Numbered from the stretch's first letter, positions 18,482 through 28,708 are shown. The stretch is 64,000 bases of DNA from an uncultured Roseburia sp. (GCA_947088345.1 CAMUGE010000001.1:85657-149656); one strand, 5' to 3'. Made by a program: numbers and translations. The notes: generated by a model not told the origin, from the sequence alone.

Positions 18482-19021
18482 ATGACAAACAAAGAATTGG
18501 AACACTGCATCCAGGAATATGGAAAAGACATTTATTCATTCTGCCGGCATCTGACAGCTATGACGCAGGAAGCCGACGATTTGTATCAGGATACGTTTGT
18601 AAAAGCAATGGAGCTTGGCGCCGGGATAGAGACTGACGGTAATCCGAAAAGTTATTTGCTTTCGATCGCGCTGCGTATCTGGAAAAATAAAAGAAGGAAA
18701 TTTGCATGGCGTAATCGTATCTGGCAGGAACAGGCAATAGGAGGCGAATATAGGGCTGCGGCGGAATACGACGAGCAGGGTTCGCCGGAAGAAATGATGC
18801 TGCAAAAAGAGGAGCTTGATACGGTAAATGCGGCAGTTGCGAAACTTCCCGCACGGCACAGAGTGGCGGTGCTTTTGTATTATATGGAAGAAATGTCAGT
18901 GTCAGAGATTGCAGCGATCACAAAAATTCCTGCCGGTACCGTGAAAAGCAGACTGCATACGGCAAGAAAAATTTTGAAGAAAGAACTGGAGGATATTTTA
19001 AATGAAGAAAGATTTAGATGA
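18482..19021 (+). CDS. ECF RNA polymerase sigma-70 factor
   Basis: EADDLYQDTFVK, KSYLLSIA, region 4 EIAAITKIPAGTVKSRLHTAR. Confidence 0.92.
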   Translation: MTNKELEHCIQEYGKDIYSFCRHLTAMTQEADDLYQDTFVKAMELGAGIETDGNPKSYLLSIALRIWKNKRRKFAWRNRIWQEQAIGGEYRAAAEYDEQGSPEEMMLQKEELDTVNAAVAKLPARHRVAVLLYYMEEMSVSEIAAITKIPAGTVKSRLHTARKILKKELEDILNEERFR

Positions 19022-20168
19022 AATCTTAAAATATGCCCTTACTCCAAACGAGGAACCGGATTTTTGGCTGAACCAGAAAATCCAAAACAGAATCAATCAA
19101 AAAGAGAGGACGGCATCAGATATGAAAAAATCAGGCAGGAAAATACAGGCAGCCATAATTTCCATGGCGGCAATACTGGGAATCGGGAGCGCAACGACAT
19201 ACGCGGCATGGAGGCTTTTAACGCCGGGACAGGCGGCGATGGAGGTCGGCGACCATAAATTAAAAGAAACATTTGAGAGCAGCGACGCCGTACAGATTAA
19301 CGAGACGCAGGTGTACGGGGATTATCGCGTTACGTTGCTTGGCATTGCGTCGGGCAAAGATATTGCGGATTATCTTACGCCGACGGACGGCGGGGAACCG
19401 GCCGGACAGACGTATTCGGTGGTGGCGATTGAACATGCGGACGGGACGCCGATGCCGGATACCGCAGATGATGATTACGGAGAAGAAAGTTTTCTTGTAT
19501 CACCGCTGATCAAAGGCTGTGCGCCGCACCTGTATAATGCGTTTACACTGGGCGGCGGTTATTCCGATACGGTGGAGGACGGCGTTTTGTACCGGATCAG
19601 CGAGTGCGATAATGTTGAAATTTTTGCCGATCGCGGTTTATATCTCTGTGTGACCGATTCGACTTTTTATAATGTGGAGGCATACAATTACAGCGAAGAG
19701 ACGGGAGAGATTACAAGAAATGATTCCTATCAGGGTTTAAACGCACTGTTTGAGCTGCCGATTGATCCGGCAAAGGCAGATCCGGCTGCGGCCGAAGAAT
19801 GTATCAAAAAGATAGACAATCCTGACGAAGAGGAGCCGTATGAGCCGACGCCGGAAGAAAATGAGGTTGACAGTTTTGTGAAGCAGCTGACATCCGAAAA
19901 TATGCATGAGTACTGTGATGCGGTTGAGAGCACAAAACAGGTTGTAAAACGGGGCGAAAACGGGATTATTAAAGTCAGAGGATGGGAAGTAGAAGGAAGA
20001 GGGTCAGGGGGAGACGGAGAGTTTTTCCTGCCGGAGGACGCAAAAACGGGTCAGCTGCAGATTATCGGCTGGTCAGGGGACGGGACATTGGACGGTCTTG
20101 TAATCGAGACATGTGTTTTAAATGAAGATGATACCGTATCTTTTCTGGTTTATATTCCGAAAAAATAG
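19002..20168 (+). CDS. Putative anti-sigma factor (single TM, DUF4179-like extracellular region)
   Basis: Overlaps the ECF gene end; short cytoplasmic N-terminus, TM IISMAAILGIGSATTYAA, acidic extracellular domain. Confidence 0.7.
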   Translation: MKKDLDEILKYALTPNEEPDFWLNQKIQNRINQKERTASDMKKSGRKIQAAIISMAAILGIGSATTYAAWRLLTPGQAAMEVGDHKLKETFESSDAVQINETQVYGDYRVTLLGIASGKDIADYLTPTDGGEPAGQTYSVVAIEHADGTPMPDTADDDYGEESFLVSPLIKGCAPHLYNAFTLGGGYSDTVEDGVLYRISECDNVEIFADRGLYLCVTDSTFYNVEAYNYSEETGEITRNDSYQGLNALFELPIDPAKADPAAAEECIKKIDNPDEEEPYEPTPEENEVDSFVKQLTSENMHEYCDAVESTKQVVKRGENGIIKVRGWEVEGRGSGGDGEFFLPEDAKTGQLQIIGWSGDGTLDGLVIETCVLNEDDTVSFLVYIPKK

Positions 20169-20228
20169 ATGTGCAGTTATTTTTTTCTTCTGTCTGCTGT
20201 GCAGCTTTTTACTGAGGTGTGTGCAAAT

Positions 20229-20268
20229 AAAATCCGGAGCCGCAAAGTGATCGGCTCCGGATTTTTTT
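20229..20268. terminator. Bidirectional terminator between convergent genes
   Basis: AAAATCCGGAGCCG-9-CGGCTCCGGATTTT. Confidence 0.85.
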
Positions 20269-20277
20269 ACAATCGTA

Positions 20278-20916
20278 TCAATACCCAAGCATTTCTTCAA
20301 TTAAAATTACTTTAATACGTCCCGGTATGCTGCTGCGTCTTGTGATTACGGTATGGCTGCAGATGCAGTCCGGGGAGAGGCAATCGCCGCAGATTCCGGT
20401 TTTGGCGCACGGCGTATCCCTATGTAAACGCTGGCAGTTAATCGGAGCGGCAGACATGCGGATGCGGTCGATTGCATCGTCAATGTTTAATGCAACTTTA
20501 TTCATGCCGACCATCAGAATCACATGTTCCGGTCCATACATCAAAGCCGCTACACGGTTGCCGGTGCCGTCTACATTGACAAGCTCGCCGTCAATCGTTA
20601 TGGCGTTTGTGCTCATAAAATAGTAATCAGCAGATAAGGAGTCATGATATATTTTTTTGATTTCCTCCGGGGTGGACGCTTTGGATCGGTCGATCAGATT
20701 GATATGCGGGTCATGTCTTAATGCGGTCAGCATGCCCATATCATTTAATGTCATTGATCCGCCAAAAGCGATTGTGCAGCCGGGTGTGAAATGGGAGAAC
20801 GCTTCCTTTTCCGCATCTTCGATCGAAGTACAGTAACAGGCGTCAATCTGGCGTTTGTTCAAATTTTTAATGATGACATCGGCGAGTGCCTTTGCATGTA
20901 ATTGTTCTGGAGTCAT
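20278..20916 (-). CDS. LUD-domain (LutC/YkgG-like) protein
   Basis: FGGSMTL, MSTNAITIDGELVNVDGTGNRVAA, TPCAKTGICGDCLSPDCIC. Confidence 0.88.
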   Translation of the reverse strand: MTPEQLHAKALADVIIKNLNKRQIDACYCTSIEDAEKEAFSHFTPGCTIAFGGSMTLNDMGMLTALRHDPHINLIDRSKASTPEEIKKIYHDSLSADYYFMSTNAITIDGELVNVDGTGNRVAALMYGPEHVILMVGMNKVALNIDDAIDRIRMSAAPINCQRLHRDTPCAKTGICGDCLSPDCICSHTVITRRSSIPGRIKVILIEEMLGY

Positions 20917-21194
20917 ATCGATTTACCATTCCTTTCTGTTATGAAGTATCTGTTAAAATTGTACCATACGCAGCAAAAAATGTCACTTAATTTTGTGAGT
21001 TTTTTATTACAAATTCGTAACAGTTCAGTGTTCGGCTTCGCTGTCGCGACGGATGCGCACAAAACGCTCCAATGCCGATACTGTGAATTTCATGGGTTTT
21101 CTATTTCACGAAATATGCGGGAGAAAGATTACTTTTGCTTGACTTTTTCTTTTAAGAAGTTACAATAAGAAGAAATTGTGAGGAGGAAATATGC

Positions 21195-22931
21195 ATGGGA
21201 GCGAATTTGAAAAAAATGATTTCTTATTATAGACCATACCTGGGAATTTTTTCGGCGGATATGTTTTTTGCTACGTTATCCGCAGTGATCGCTTTGGTAT
21301 TTCCGCTGGTGGTACGATACGTTGCCTATACGCTTGTCTATCAGGATACGGAAGTGATATTACGTCAGATTGTATACATAGCGATTCTGCTCCTGCTTTT
21401 TGTGGCGGCAGAGTGTTACAGCAAATTCTTTATCGGAACTTACGGTCATATTATGGGAGCCAAAATCGAATATAATATGCGGGCAGAGATTTTTGATCAT
21501 TTGCAGAAACTGTCATTTTCCTATTATGACAATCAAAAAGTCGGTCAGCTGATGTCAAGGATAACGACAGATCTGTTTGATATTACAGAATTGATGCATC
21601 ATGGGCCCGAAAATCTGATCTTGTCGCTGATAAAAATTGCAGGTGCGTTTGTCATTCTTGTCTGGATCAATCCGCTGCTTTCAATTGCGGCTTTTCTCGT
21701 TTTGCCGCCGATGTTTTTGTTTGCCTATCATTTAAACCGCAGAATGCGGAAAGCATTTCGGCAGAACCGCGTGAAGATTGCAGAAATCAATGCGCAGATC
21801 GAAGATAATCTGTCTGGGATACGCGTAGTAAAATCATTTGCAAACGAAGCGGTAGAAAACTACAAATTCAAAAAGGGGAACGACGGGTTTCTTGCGGCAA
21901 AGAAAAACAGCTACTATTATATGGGAAGCTTTCAGGCAGGGCTTTCGGCGTTTACAACGCTGATTCAGGTAAGCGTTATCGTAGCGGGCGCAGTGCTGAT
22001 TGCAAAAGGCCATGTCGCTGTCAGTGACCTTGTCACATTTTTACTCTACATTGGCGTATTTACAGAACCGGTGCGTATGCTGGTCGATTTTACGGAGCAG
22101 TTCCAGAACGGTTATACCGGGTTTGAGCGTTTTCGGGAGATTATGGAGATTGTACCGGACATTCGGGATAAGGAGAATGCGACGGAACTGAAAGAAGTGC
22201 GCGGAGATATCTCGTTTGAGAATGTATCGTTTCGCTATGAGGAGAATGCGGCAAGTGTTTTAAGCCATATCAACCTGAATGTTCCGGCAGGGGCTTATAT
22301 GGCGCTTGTCGGTTCTTCCGGCGCCGGAAAGAGTACGCTCTGTTCGCTGATTCCGCGTTTTTATGATGTCACCGGTGGAGCCGTGAAAATAGACGGCAGC
22401 GATGTGCGCGATGTGACTGCCAAAAGTTTAAGGAGCAAAATCGGCGTCGTGCAGCAGGATGTCTATTTGTTTGTCGGTACGGTTTATGACAATATACGAT
22501 ACGGCAAACCGGATGCGACAAGAGAAGAAGTGATCGCAGCAGCAAAAAATGCAAATGCTCATGATTTTATAATGTCGCTGCCAAATGGATATGATACGGA
22601 TATCGGCCAGCGCGGGATCAAGTTGTCCGGCGGACAGAAACAGCGTCTTTCGATTGCGCGTGTATTTTTGAAAAATCCGCCGATTTTGATTTTCGATGAG
22701 GCAACCAGCGCGCTTGACAATGAGAGTGAACGCATAGTGCAGGATTCTCTGGAAAAGCTGGCGAAAAACAGAACGACGATCGTGATCGCGCACCGTCTTT
22801 CTACCATAAAGAACGCGCAGCAGATTCTTGTTCTGACCGAATCCGGTATAGAGGAGACAGGAACGCACGACGAACTGATGGCAAAAAAAGGAAACTACGA
22901 GAAACTGTACCGGATGCAGTTTCAGAAATAG
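21195..22931 (+). CDS. ABC exporter, fused permease/ATPase (MsbA/MdlB type)
   Basis: Multi-helix TMD; GSSGAGKS, LSGGQKQR, DEATSALD, IAHRLST. Confidence 0.95.
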   Translation: MGANLKKMISYYRPYLGIFSADMFFATLSAVIALVFPLVVRYVAYTLVYQDTEVILRQIVYIAILLLLFVAAECYSKFFIGTYGHIMGAKIEYNMRAEIFDHLQKLSFSYYDNQKVGQLMSRITTDLFDITELMHHGPENLILSLIKIAGAFVILVWINPLLSIAAFLVLPPMFLFAYHLNRRMRKAFRQNRVKIAEINAQIEDNLSGIRVVKSFANEAVENYKFKKGNDGFLAAKKNSYYYMGSFQAGLSAFTTLIQVSVIVAGAVLIAKGHVAVSDLVTFLLYIGVFTEPVRMLVDFTEQFQNGYTGFERFREIMEIVPDIRDKENATELKEVRGDISFENVSFRYEENAASVLSHINLNVPAGAYMALVGSSGAGKSTLCSLIPRFYDVTGGAVKIDGSDVRDVTAKSLRSKIGVVQQDVYLFVGTVYDNIRYGKPDATREEVIAAAKNANAHDFIMSLPNGYDTDIGQRGIKLSGGQKQRLSIARVFLKNPPILIFDEATSALDNESERIVQDSLEKLAKNRTTIVIAHRLSTIKNAQQILVLTESGIEETGTHDELMAKKGNYEKLYRMQFQK

Positions 22932-22987
22932 CAAGCCTTTTGTATACGAATCTGTTGCCCCGCATGCAGGAGAGTCGGGGATAAATT

Positions 22988-23020
22988 AAATTTGCAAATT
23001 TGTGAAAGATGGGGTAAAAT
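22988..23020 (+). promoter_or_regulatory. Promoter with a palindrome over the -35 box
   Basis: TTGCAA-17-TAAAAT; perfect 14-bp palindrome AAATTTGCAAATTT at 22988-23001. Confidence 0.5.
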
Positions 23021-23064
23021 ACAAATGTTTTTAATCGAGGGAGAAAAAGGGCAAAGGAGCAGAC

Positions 23065-23094
23065 GCGAACTGCGTTCGCAATGCAGAAAAGGAG
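23065..23094 (+). repeat. Dispersed palindromic leader repeat, partial copy 1
   Basis: GCGAACTGCGTTCGCAATGCAGAAA also occurs within 39526-39611 and, with one mismatch, within 41945-42021. Confidence 0.85.
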
Positions 23095-23100
23095 ATTAAA

Positions 23101-24306
23101 ATGACAAAAATTGATATTATCTCAGGGTTTTTAGGCGCAGGAAAAACAACATTCATTAAAAAAATGCTTGATGAAGTCTATACAGAAGAAAAAATTGTAT
23201 TGATCGAGAATGAGTTTGGCGAAGTCGGAATCGACGGCGGATTTTTAAAAGACGCAGGTATCGAGATTACGGAGATGAACAGCGGCTGTATCTGTTGTTC
23301 GCTTGTCGGTGATTTTGGAAAGAATTTGCATGAAGTAATCGGAAAATTTCATCCTGACCGCATTTTAATCGAGCCGTCCGGCGTTGGAAAGTTGTCGGAT
23401 GTTATGAAATCGGTAATTGATGTGGAGAAAGAGGAGGATGTAAAATTAAACGGACTTGTTACGGTTGTCAATGCGTTGAAAGCGAGTAAACAGATGAAAG
23501 CATTCGGCGAGTTTTTCAATAACCAGATTGCATATGCGACCACCGTTGTGTTAAGCCGCACCCAAAAGGCGACGCCGGAACAGTTGGAACTGTGCGTAAA
23601 GCAGATCCAGACGCTGAATCCGAAAACGGCAGTGATTACAACCCCATGGGATTCCATCAAAGGGGAACAGATTTTAAATGTCATGGAGGGACAGGATTCG
23701 CTGGAGGTTAAATTGCTGGCGGAACAGCATGCACAAAAAGAGGCGGCGGAACATGCGCACCACCATCATGGGGATGAGGCGGAACATGATCATGACAGTC
23801 ATCATGAGCATGACCGTGATCATCATAGCTGTGACGGTCATCATCATGCGCATGAAAGCTGCCACGGGGAAGAGCATGATCACGACAGTCATCATGAGCA
23901 TGACCGTGATCATCATCATAGCTGTGACGGTCATCATCATGCGCATGAAAGCTGCCGCGGGGAAGAGCATGACCACGATTGTCATTGTCACGGCGGCCAT
24001 CATGACCACGCCGGTCATCACCATGCGGACGATATCTTTACAAGCTGGGGCAGGGAGACGCCGCATAAATTTACCCGCGAGAAGATTGAGGATGTCTTGA
24101 AGACATTATGCGAGACGGACGATTACGGTACGGTTCTGCGTGCAAAAGGAATGGTGGAAAATGAGAACGGTTCCTGGATTTATTTTGATATGGTACCGGG
24201 AGAATATGAAGTGCGGGAGGGGCAGCCGGATTACACGGGACGTCTTTGTGTCATTGGCGCCGATCTCGACGAACGCAGGCTGGAAGAATTATTTGGAATT
24301 GCCTGA
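23101..24306 (+). CDS. COG0523/CobW-family G3E GTPase metallochaperone with His-rich insert
   Basis: GFLGAGKTT, ENEFG, GCICCS (CxCC), IEPSG; C-terminal CobW_C (LRAKG). Confidence 0.92.
   Translation: MTKIDIISGFLGAGKTTFIKKMLDEVYTEEKIVLIENEFGEVGIDGGFLKDAGIEITEMNSGCICCSLVGDFGKNLHEVIGKFHPDRILIEPSGVGKLSDVMKSVIDVEKEEDVKLNGLVTVVNALKASKQMKAFGEFFNNQIAYATTVVLSRTQKATPEQLELCVKQIQTLNPKTAVITTPWDSIKGEQILNVMEGQDSLEVKLLAEQHAQKEAAEHAHHHHGDEAEHDHDSHHEHDRDHHSCDGHHHAHESCHGEEHDHDSHHEHDRDHHHSCDGHHHAHESCRGEEHDHDCHCHGGHHDHAGHHHADDIFTSWGRETPHKFTREKIEDVLKTLCETDDYGTVLRAKGMVENENGSWIYFDMVPGEYEVREGQPDYTGRLCVIGADLDERRLEELFGIA
23782..23964 (+). repeat. Coding tandem duplication (90 + 93 nt) of a His/Cys-rich unit
   Basis: EHDHDSHHEHDRDHHSCDGHHHAHESCHGE then EHDHDSHHEHDRDHHHSCDGHHHAHESCRGE, near-identical DNA. 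Confidence 0.95.
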
Positions 24307-24364
24307 AAACGAGGCCGGACGATGACTTTGGTTCGGCCGGTACTGGCAGGAGGGAGGCTTTTGG

Positions 24365-25306
24365 ATGGACGAGATACCCGTGTATCTTTTTACCGGATTT
24401 ATGGACAGCGGCAAGACGACGCTGATCAAAGAGACATTGCTGGAAAATGGTTTTTCGGAGCAGGGAAAGACATTGATTATCTGCTGTGAGGACGGCGAAA
24501 TTGAATATGACAAACAGGAACTTGCACAGGCAAACGCACAGATTGTAATGGTAGAAAACGAGGAGGATTACACAGAGGACTTGCTGCAGAAAGCGTTTGT
24601 CAAATATCTGCCGGATCAGGTTTTTATTGAATACAATGGAACCTGGGGTATGGATACGCTGATGGAGACGCCGATGCCAGAGGCTTGGACGATTGTGCAG
24701 TCGCTGGCAACGGTGGATGCGACAACATTTGACATGTATCTTGCCAATATGCGCACCATGATTATGGAACAGCTATTTATGGCTGACGTTGTGATTGTAA
24801 ACCGCTGCGACGATGACACTGACAAGGGAAAATACAGAAGAAACATCAAGGCCAGAAACCGAAAGGCGCAGATCGTATACGAGAGAGAGGACGGTTCCAT
24901 AGACAATCGGGAGGAAGAGCTGCCGTTTGACATATCGGGGAACGAACTTGATATCACGGACGCTGATTATGCGATCTGGTATATGGACTGCATGGAGCAT
25001 CCAAAGAATTATGTCGGAAAGAAAATTACTTTTTTAGCGCTTGTATACAATCCGGAAAAACTGAAAAAAGGCGTATTTGTGCCGGGACGGTTTGCCATGA
25101 CATGCTGTGTGGATGATATTACATTTATTGGATTTAAATGTAAATATCCGAAAGAGGAGGAACTGCCTCATCGCTCCTGGATCAGGATTACAGCGGAGGT
25201 AGCCTACGAATTTGCAAGGGAATATAAGGGGAAAGGTCCTGTACTTTACCCGGTTTCCATCGAAAAAGCAAAGAAACCGGATGATGAGCTGGTGTATTTT
25301 TCCTGA
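24365..25306 (+). CDS. Second CobW-like GTPase with C-terminal DUF1980/TIGR03943-like domain
   Basis: GFMDSGKTT, CCEDGE, IEYNG, NRCD; C-terminal PGRFAMTCCVDD. Confidence 0.8.
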   Translation: MDEIPVYLFTGFMDSGKTTLIKETLLENGFSEQGKTLIICCEDGEIEYDKQELAQANAQIVMVENEEDYTEDLLQKAFVKYLPDQVFIEYNGTWGMDTLMETPMPEAWTIVQSLATVDATTFDMYLANMRTMIMEQLFMADVVIVNRCDDDTDKGKYRRNIKARNRKAQIVYEREDGSIDNREEELPFDISGNELDITDADYAIWYMDCMEHPKNYVGKKITFLALVYNPEKLKKGVFVPGRFAMTCCVDDITFIGFKCKYPKEEELPHRSWIRITAEVAYEFAREYKGKGPVLYPVSIEKAKKPDDELVYFS

Positions 25307-25372
25307 CGGAACAAATTTGAGCGATACTTTGATGGAAAGTGAAATATTTACATGATAAATAAGGAGGAAATT

Positions 25373-26251
25373 ATGTACCAAATTGTGAAAAGAGAAAAGC
25401 TGGCGGATAAGATTTATCTAATGGATGTAAAAGCGCCGCGTGTAGCACAGTATTGTGAGCCGGGACAGTTTGTGATTGTAAAAATCGACGAAGTCGGGGA
25501 GCGTATCCCGCTTACAATCTGCGATTATAACAGGGAGGAAGGAACGATTACGATCGTATTTCAGACAGTCGGGGCATCCACAGAGCGCATGGCATGTCTG
25601 AAAGAGGGCGACTTCTTTATGGATTTCGTGGGGCCGCTCGGCTGTCCGTCCGATCTGGTACATACCGATTTAGAAGAATTAAAAAAACAAAAAATTGTTT
25701 TTATTGCCGGCGGCGTAGGGACAGCGCCTGTATATCCACAGGTAAAATGGCTGCATGAACATGGGATAGACTGCGATGTGATTATGGGTTCTAAGACAAA
25801 AGATTTGCTGATTCTTGTGGAGGAGATGCAAAAAGTCGCTGCAAACCTGTATGTAACAACAGACGACGGCTCCTTTGGCTTTCATGGAATGGGTACAAAT
25901 CAGCTGCAGGAACTCTACGACAAAGGCGTCCGTTATGACCACTGTGTTGCGATCGGTCCGATGATCATGATGAAATTTGTCTGCAAACTGACAAAAGAAC
26001 TGGGACTTAAGACGATTGTCTCAATGAATCCGATTATGGTGGACGGTACCGGAATGTGCGGGGCATGTCGTCTGATGGTGGGCGGAGAAGTTAAATTTGC
26101 GTGTGTGGACGGACCGGAATTTAACGGGCATCTGGTAGACTTTGACCAGGCGATGCAAAGACAGCAGCAGTATAAGACCGAGGAGGGGCGGGCAATGCTT
26201 GCGCTTGCCGAGGGAGATACGCATCATGGCGGATGCGGAAATTGTCAATAA
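25373..26251 (+). CDS. nfnA: Electron-bifurcating transhydrogenase small subunit (NfnA/SudB-like)
   Basis: GQFV..GERIPLTI, GGVGTAP, MNPIMVDGTGMCGACR..CVDGPEF. Confidence 0.88.
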   Translation: MYQIVKREKLADKIYLMDVKAPRVAQYCEPGQFVIVKIDEVGERIPLTICDYNREEGTITIVFQTVGASTERMACLKEGDFFMDFVGPLGCPSDLVHTDLEELKKQKIVFIAGGVGTAPVYPQVKWLHEHGIDCDVIMGSKTKDLLILVEEMQKVAANLYVTTDDGSFGFHGMGTNQLQELYDKGVRYDHCVAIGPMIMMKFVCKLTKELGLKTIVSMNPIMVDGTGMCGACRLMVGGEVKFACVDGPEFNGHLVDFDQAMQRQQQYKTEEGRAMLALAEGDTHHGGCGNCQ

Positions 26252-26277
26252 ACTGGAAAAAACGGAGGTTTAAAATA

Positions 26278-27669
26278 ATGGACGTGATGAAAAAAGTACC
26301 TGTTCGCGAGCAGGAACCGCAGGTTCGGGCGGCTAATTTTGAAGAAGTATGTCTGGGTTACAATATGGAGGAAGCAGTGGAGGAGGCATCGCGCTGCCTG
26401 AACTGCAAAAATGCACAGTGTATCAAGGGCTGTCCTGTCTCCATTGACATTCCGGCATTTATCTCACAGGTAAAAGAGGGAAAGATCGAAGATGCCTATC
26501 AGGCGATCAGCGAAGCGTCAGCGCTTCCGGCCGTATGCGGCCGCGTCTGTCCGCAGGAGAGCCAGTGCGAGGGAAAATGTATCCGCGGTATCAAAGGGGA
26601 GCCGGTTTCCATCGGAAAATTGGAGCGGTTTGTCGCTGACTGGGCGAGAGAGCATGAGATAAAACCGAAGAAAGCCGAAAAAATGAACGGACATAAGGTT
26701 GCCGTTATCGGTTCCGGACCGGCAGGACTTACCTGTGCCGGAGATCTGGCAAAACTGGGATATGACGTAACTATATTTGAAGCGCTTCATGAGGCCGGCG
26801 GCGTATTGAGTTACGGCATTCCGGAATTTCGTCTTCCAAAGCAGGAAGTTGTTGCAAAAGAAGTCGATAATGTGATTTCACTCGGCGTTAAAATAGAGAC
26901 AAACGTTGTAATCGGACAATCCGTTACCATTGATGAATTAATGGAAAATGAGGGGTTTGAGGCTGTCTTTATCGGTTCCGGCGCCGGACTGCCCAAATTT
27001 ATGGGGATTCCTGGAGAACAGGCGCTCGGCGTTTTTTCCGCCAATGAATATTTAACCAGAAACAATCTGATGAAAGCGTTTAAAGAGGAGTATGATACCC
27101 CGATTAAGGCGGGCAGAAAAGTTATTGTGGTCGGCGGCGGCAATGTTGCGATGGACGCTGCGAGAACGGCAAAACGTCTGGGCGCAGAGGTACATGTTGT
27201 GTACCGCCGCAGTGAAGCGGAGCTTCCGGCGAGGGTGGAGGAAGTACACCACGCGAAAGAGGAGGGCATTATTTTTGATCTGCTGCAGAATCCGGTTGAG
27301 ATTCTGGTAGACGAAAACGGCTGCGTCAGAGGGGCAAAAGTGATCAAAATGGAACTCGGAGAGCCGGACGAGTCAGGCAGAAGAAGTCCGGTTGAGATTG
27401 CGGGTTCCGAATATGAGATTGAGGCAGATACGGTTATCATGTCGCTCGGCACATCGCCGAATCCGCTGATTTCCGCGACGACGAAAGGACTTGACGTAAA
27501 CCGCAGAAAATGTATCGTAGCGCAGGAGGCAGACGGCTCCACATCAAAGCCGGGCGTATTTGCCGGCGGAGACGCCGTAACCGGCGCAGCGACTGTGATC
27601 CTTGCGATGGGCGCAGGAAAAGCGGCGGCAAAGGGGATTCACGAGTATTTATCAAACAGGAATATGTAG
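26278..27669 (+). CDS. nfnB: Transhydrogenase large subunit (NfnB/SudA; often annotated gltA, NADPH glutamate synthase-like)
   Basis: CLNCKNAQCIKGCP, CGRVCPQESQCEGKC, GSGPAG, GGGNVAMD; follows nfnA. Confidence 0.88.
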   Translation: MDVMKKVPVREQEPQVRAANFEEVCLGYNMEEAVEEASRCLNCKNAQCIKGCPVSIDIPAFISQVKEGKIEDAYQAISEASALPAVCGRVCPQESQCEGKCIRGIKGEPVSIGKLERFVADWAREHEIKPKKAEKMNGHKVAVIGSGPAGLTCAGDLAKLGYDVTIFEALHEAGGVLSYGIPEFRLPKQEVVAKEVDNVISLGVKIETNVVIGQSVTIDELMENEGFEAVFIGSGAGLPKFMGIPGEQALGVFSANEYLTRNNLMKAFKEEYDTPIKAGRKVIVVGGGNVAMDAARTAKRLGAEVHVVYRRSEAELPARVEEVHHAKEEGIIFDLLQNPVEILVDENGCVRGAKVIKMELGEPDESGRRSPVEIAGSEYEIEADTVIMSLGTSPNPLISATTKGLDVNRRKCIVAQEADGSTSKPGVFAGGDAVTGAATVILAMGAGKAAAKGIHEYLSNRNM

Positions 27670-27688
27670 TAGTTGAATGGAGATATTT

Positions 27689-28708
27689 ATGAGAGAGAAA
27701 CTGCAAAAAATCAAGGAAGAGGCAATTCGCCAGATTCAAAATTCTACCGATCTTGGCAAGCTGAACGATGTGCGCGTGGCTGTTCTTGGAAAAAAAGGCG
27801 AACTGACTGCCGTCCTGAAAGGAATGAAAGACGTTGCGCCGACGGACCGGCCGATGGTTGGCCAGCTGGTCAATGACACAAGAGAAAGCATTGAAAAAAT
27901 GCTGGAAGATACAAAGGCGAAACTGGAAGCGGCTGAACTGGAAATCAAATTAAAACACGAGGTAATCGACGTCACGCTTCCGGCGAAGAAAAGTAAAGTC
28001 GGACACCGTCATCCAAACACAATTGCGCTGGAGGAGGTAGAGCGCATCTTTACCGGCATGGGCTATGAAGTTGTTGAGGGGCCGGAAATAGAGTACGACT
28101 ATTATAATTTCGAGGCATTAAACATCCCGGCGAACCATCCGGCAAAAGACGAGCAGGATACATTCTATATCAATGATAAGATTGTGCTTCGCACGCAGAC
28201 TTCTCCGGTTCAGGTGCGCGAGATGGAAAAGGGGAAACTGCCGATTCGCATGATTGCGCCCGGACGTGTATTCCGCTCCGACGAGGTGGACGCAACGCAT
28301 TCGCCCTCATTCCATCAGATTGAGGGACTTGTCATTGACAGACATGTTACACTGGCTGATTTAAAGGGAACGCTTGCCGAATTTGCAAAAGAACTGTTCG
28401 GCGCCGATACAAAAGTAAAGTTCCGTCCGCATCACTTTCCGTTTACCGAGCCGTCGGCCGAGATGGACGTCACCTGCTTTAAATGCGGAGGGAAAGGCTG
28501 CCGGTTTTGTAAGAACGAGGGCTGGATTGAGATCCTGGGCTGCGGAATGGTTCATCCGAGAGTGCTGAAAATGAGCGGCATTGATCCTGAAACATATACT
28601 GGTTTTGCATTTGGAATTGGCCTGGAGCGCATCGCATTGTTAAAATATGAAATTGACGATATGCGCTTATTATATGAAAATGACCAGAGATTTTTAAATA
28701 TGTTTTAG
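27689..28708 (+). CDS. pheS: Phenylalanine-tRNA ligase alpha subunit
   Basis: GHRHP, HPAKDEQDTFY, LRTQTS, HSPSFHQIEG, FPFTEPS, GFAFGIGLER. Confidence 0.98.
   Translation: MREKLQKIKEEAIRQIQNSTDLGKLNDVRVAVLGKKGELTAVLKGMKDVAPTDRPMVGQLVNDTRESIEKMLEDTKAKLEAAELEIKLKHEVIDVTLPAKKSKVGHRHPNTIALEEVERIFTGMGYEVVEGPEIEYDYYNFEALNIPANHPAKDEQDTFYINDKIVLRTQTSPVQVREMEKGKLPIRMIAPGRVFRSDEVDATHSPSFHQIEGLVIDRHVTLADLKGTLAEFAKELFGADTKVKFRPHHFPFTEPSAEMDVTCFKCGGKGCRFCKNEGWIEILGCGMVHPRVLKMSGIDPETYTGFAFGIGLERIALLKYEIDDMRLLYENDQRFLNMF

Noticed and set aside
23782-24030. CRISPR-like periodic repeat
   Set aside because: In-frame His-rich coding duplication; no unique spacers and no cas genes
26811-27542. Long antisense ORFs (e.g. 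243 aa opposite nfnB, and others opposite groEL, the kinases and the pectinase)
   Set aside because: Shadow frames of well-supported genes, with no RBS or motifs
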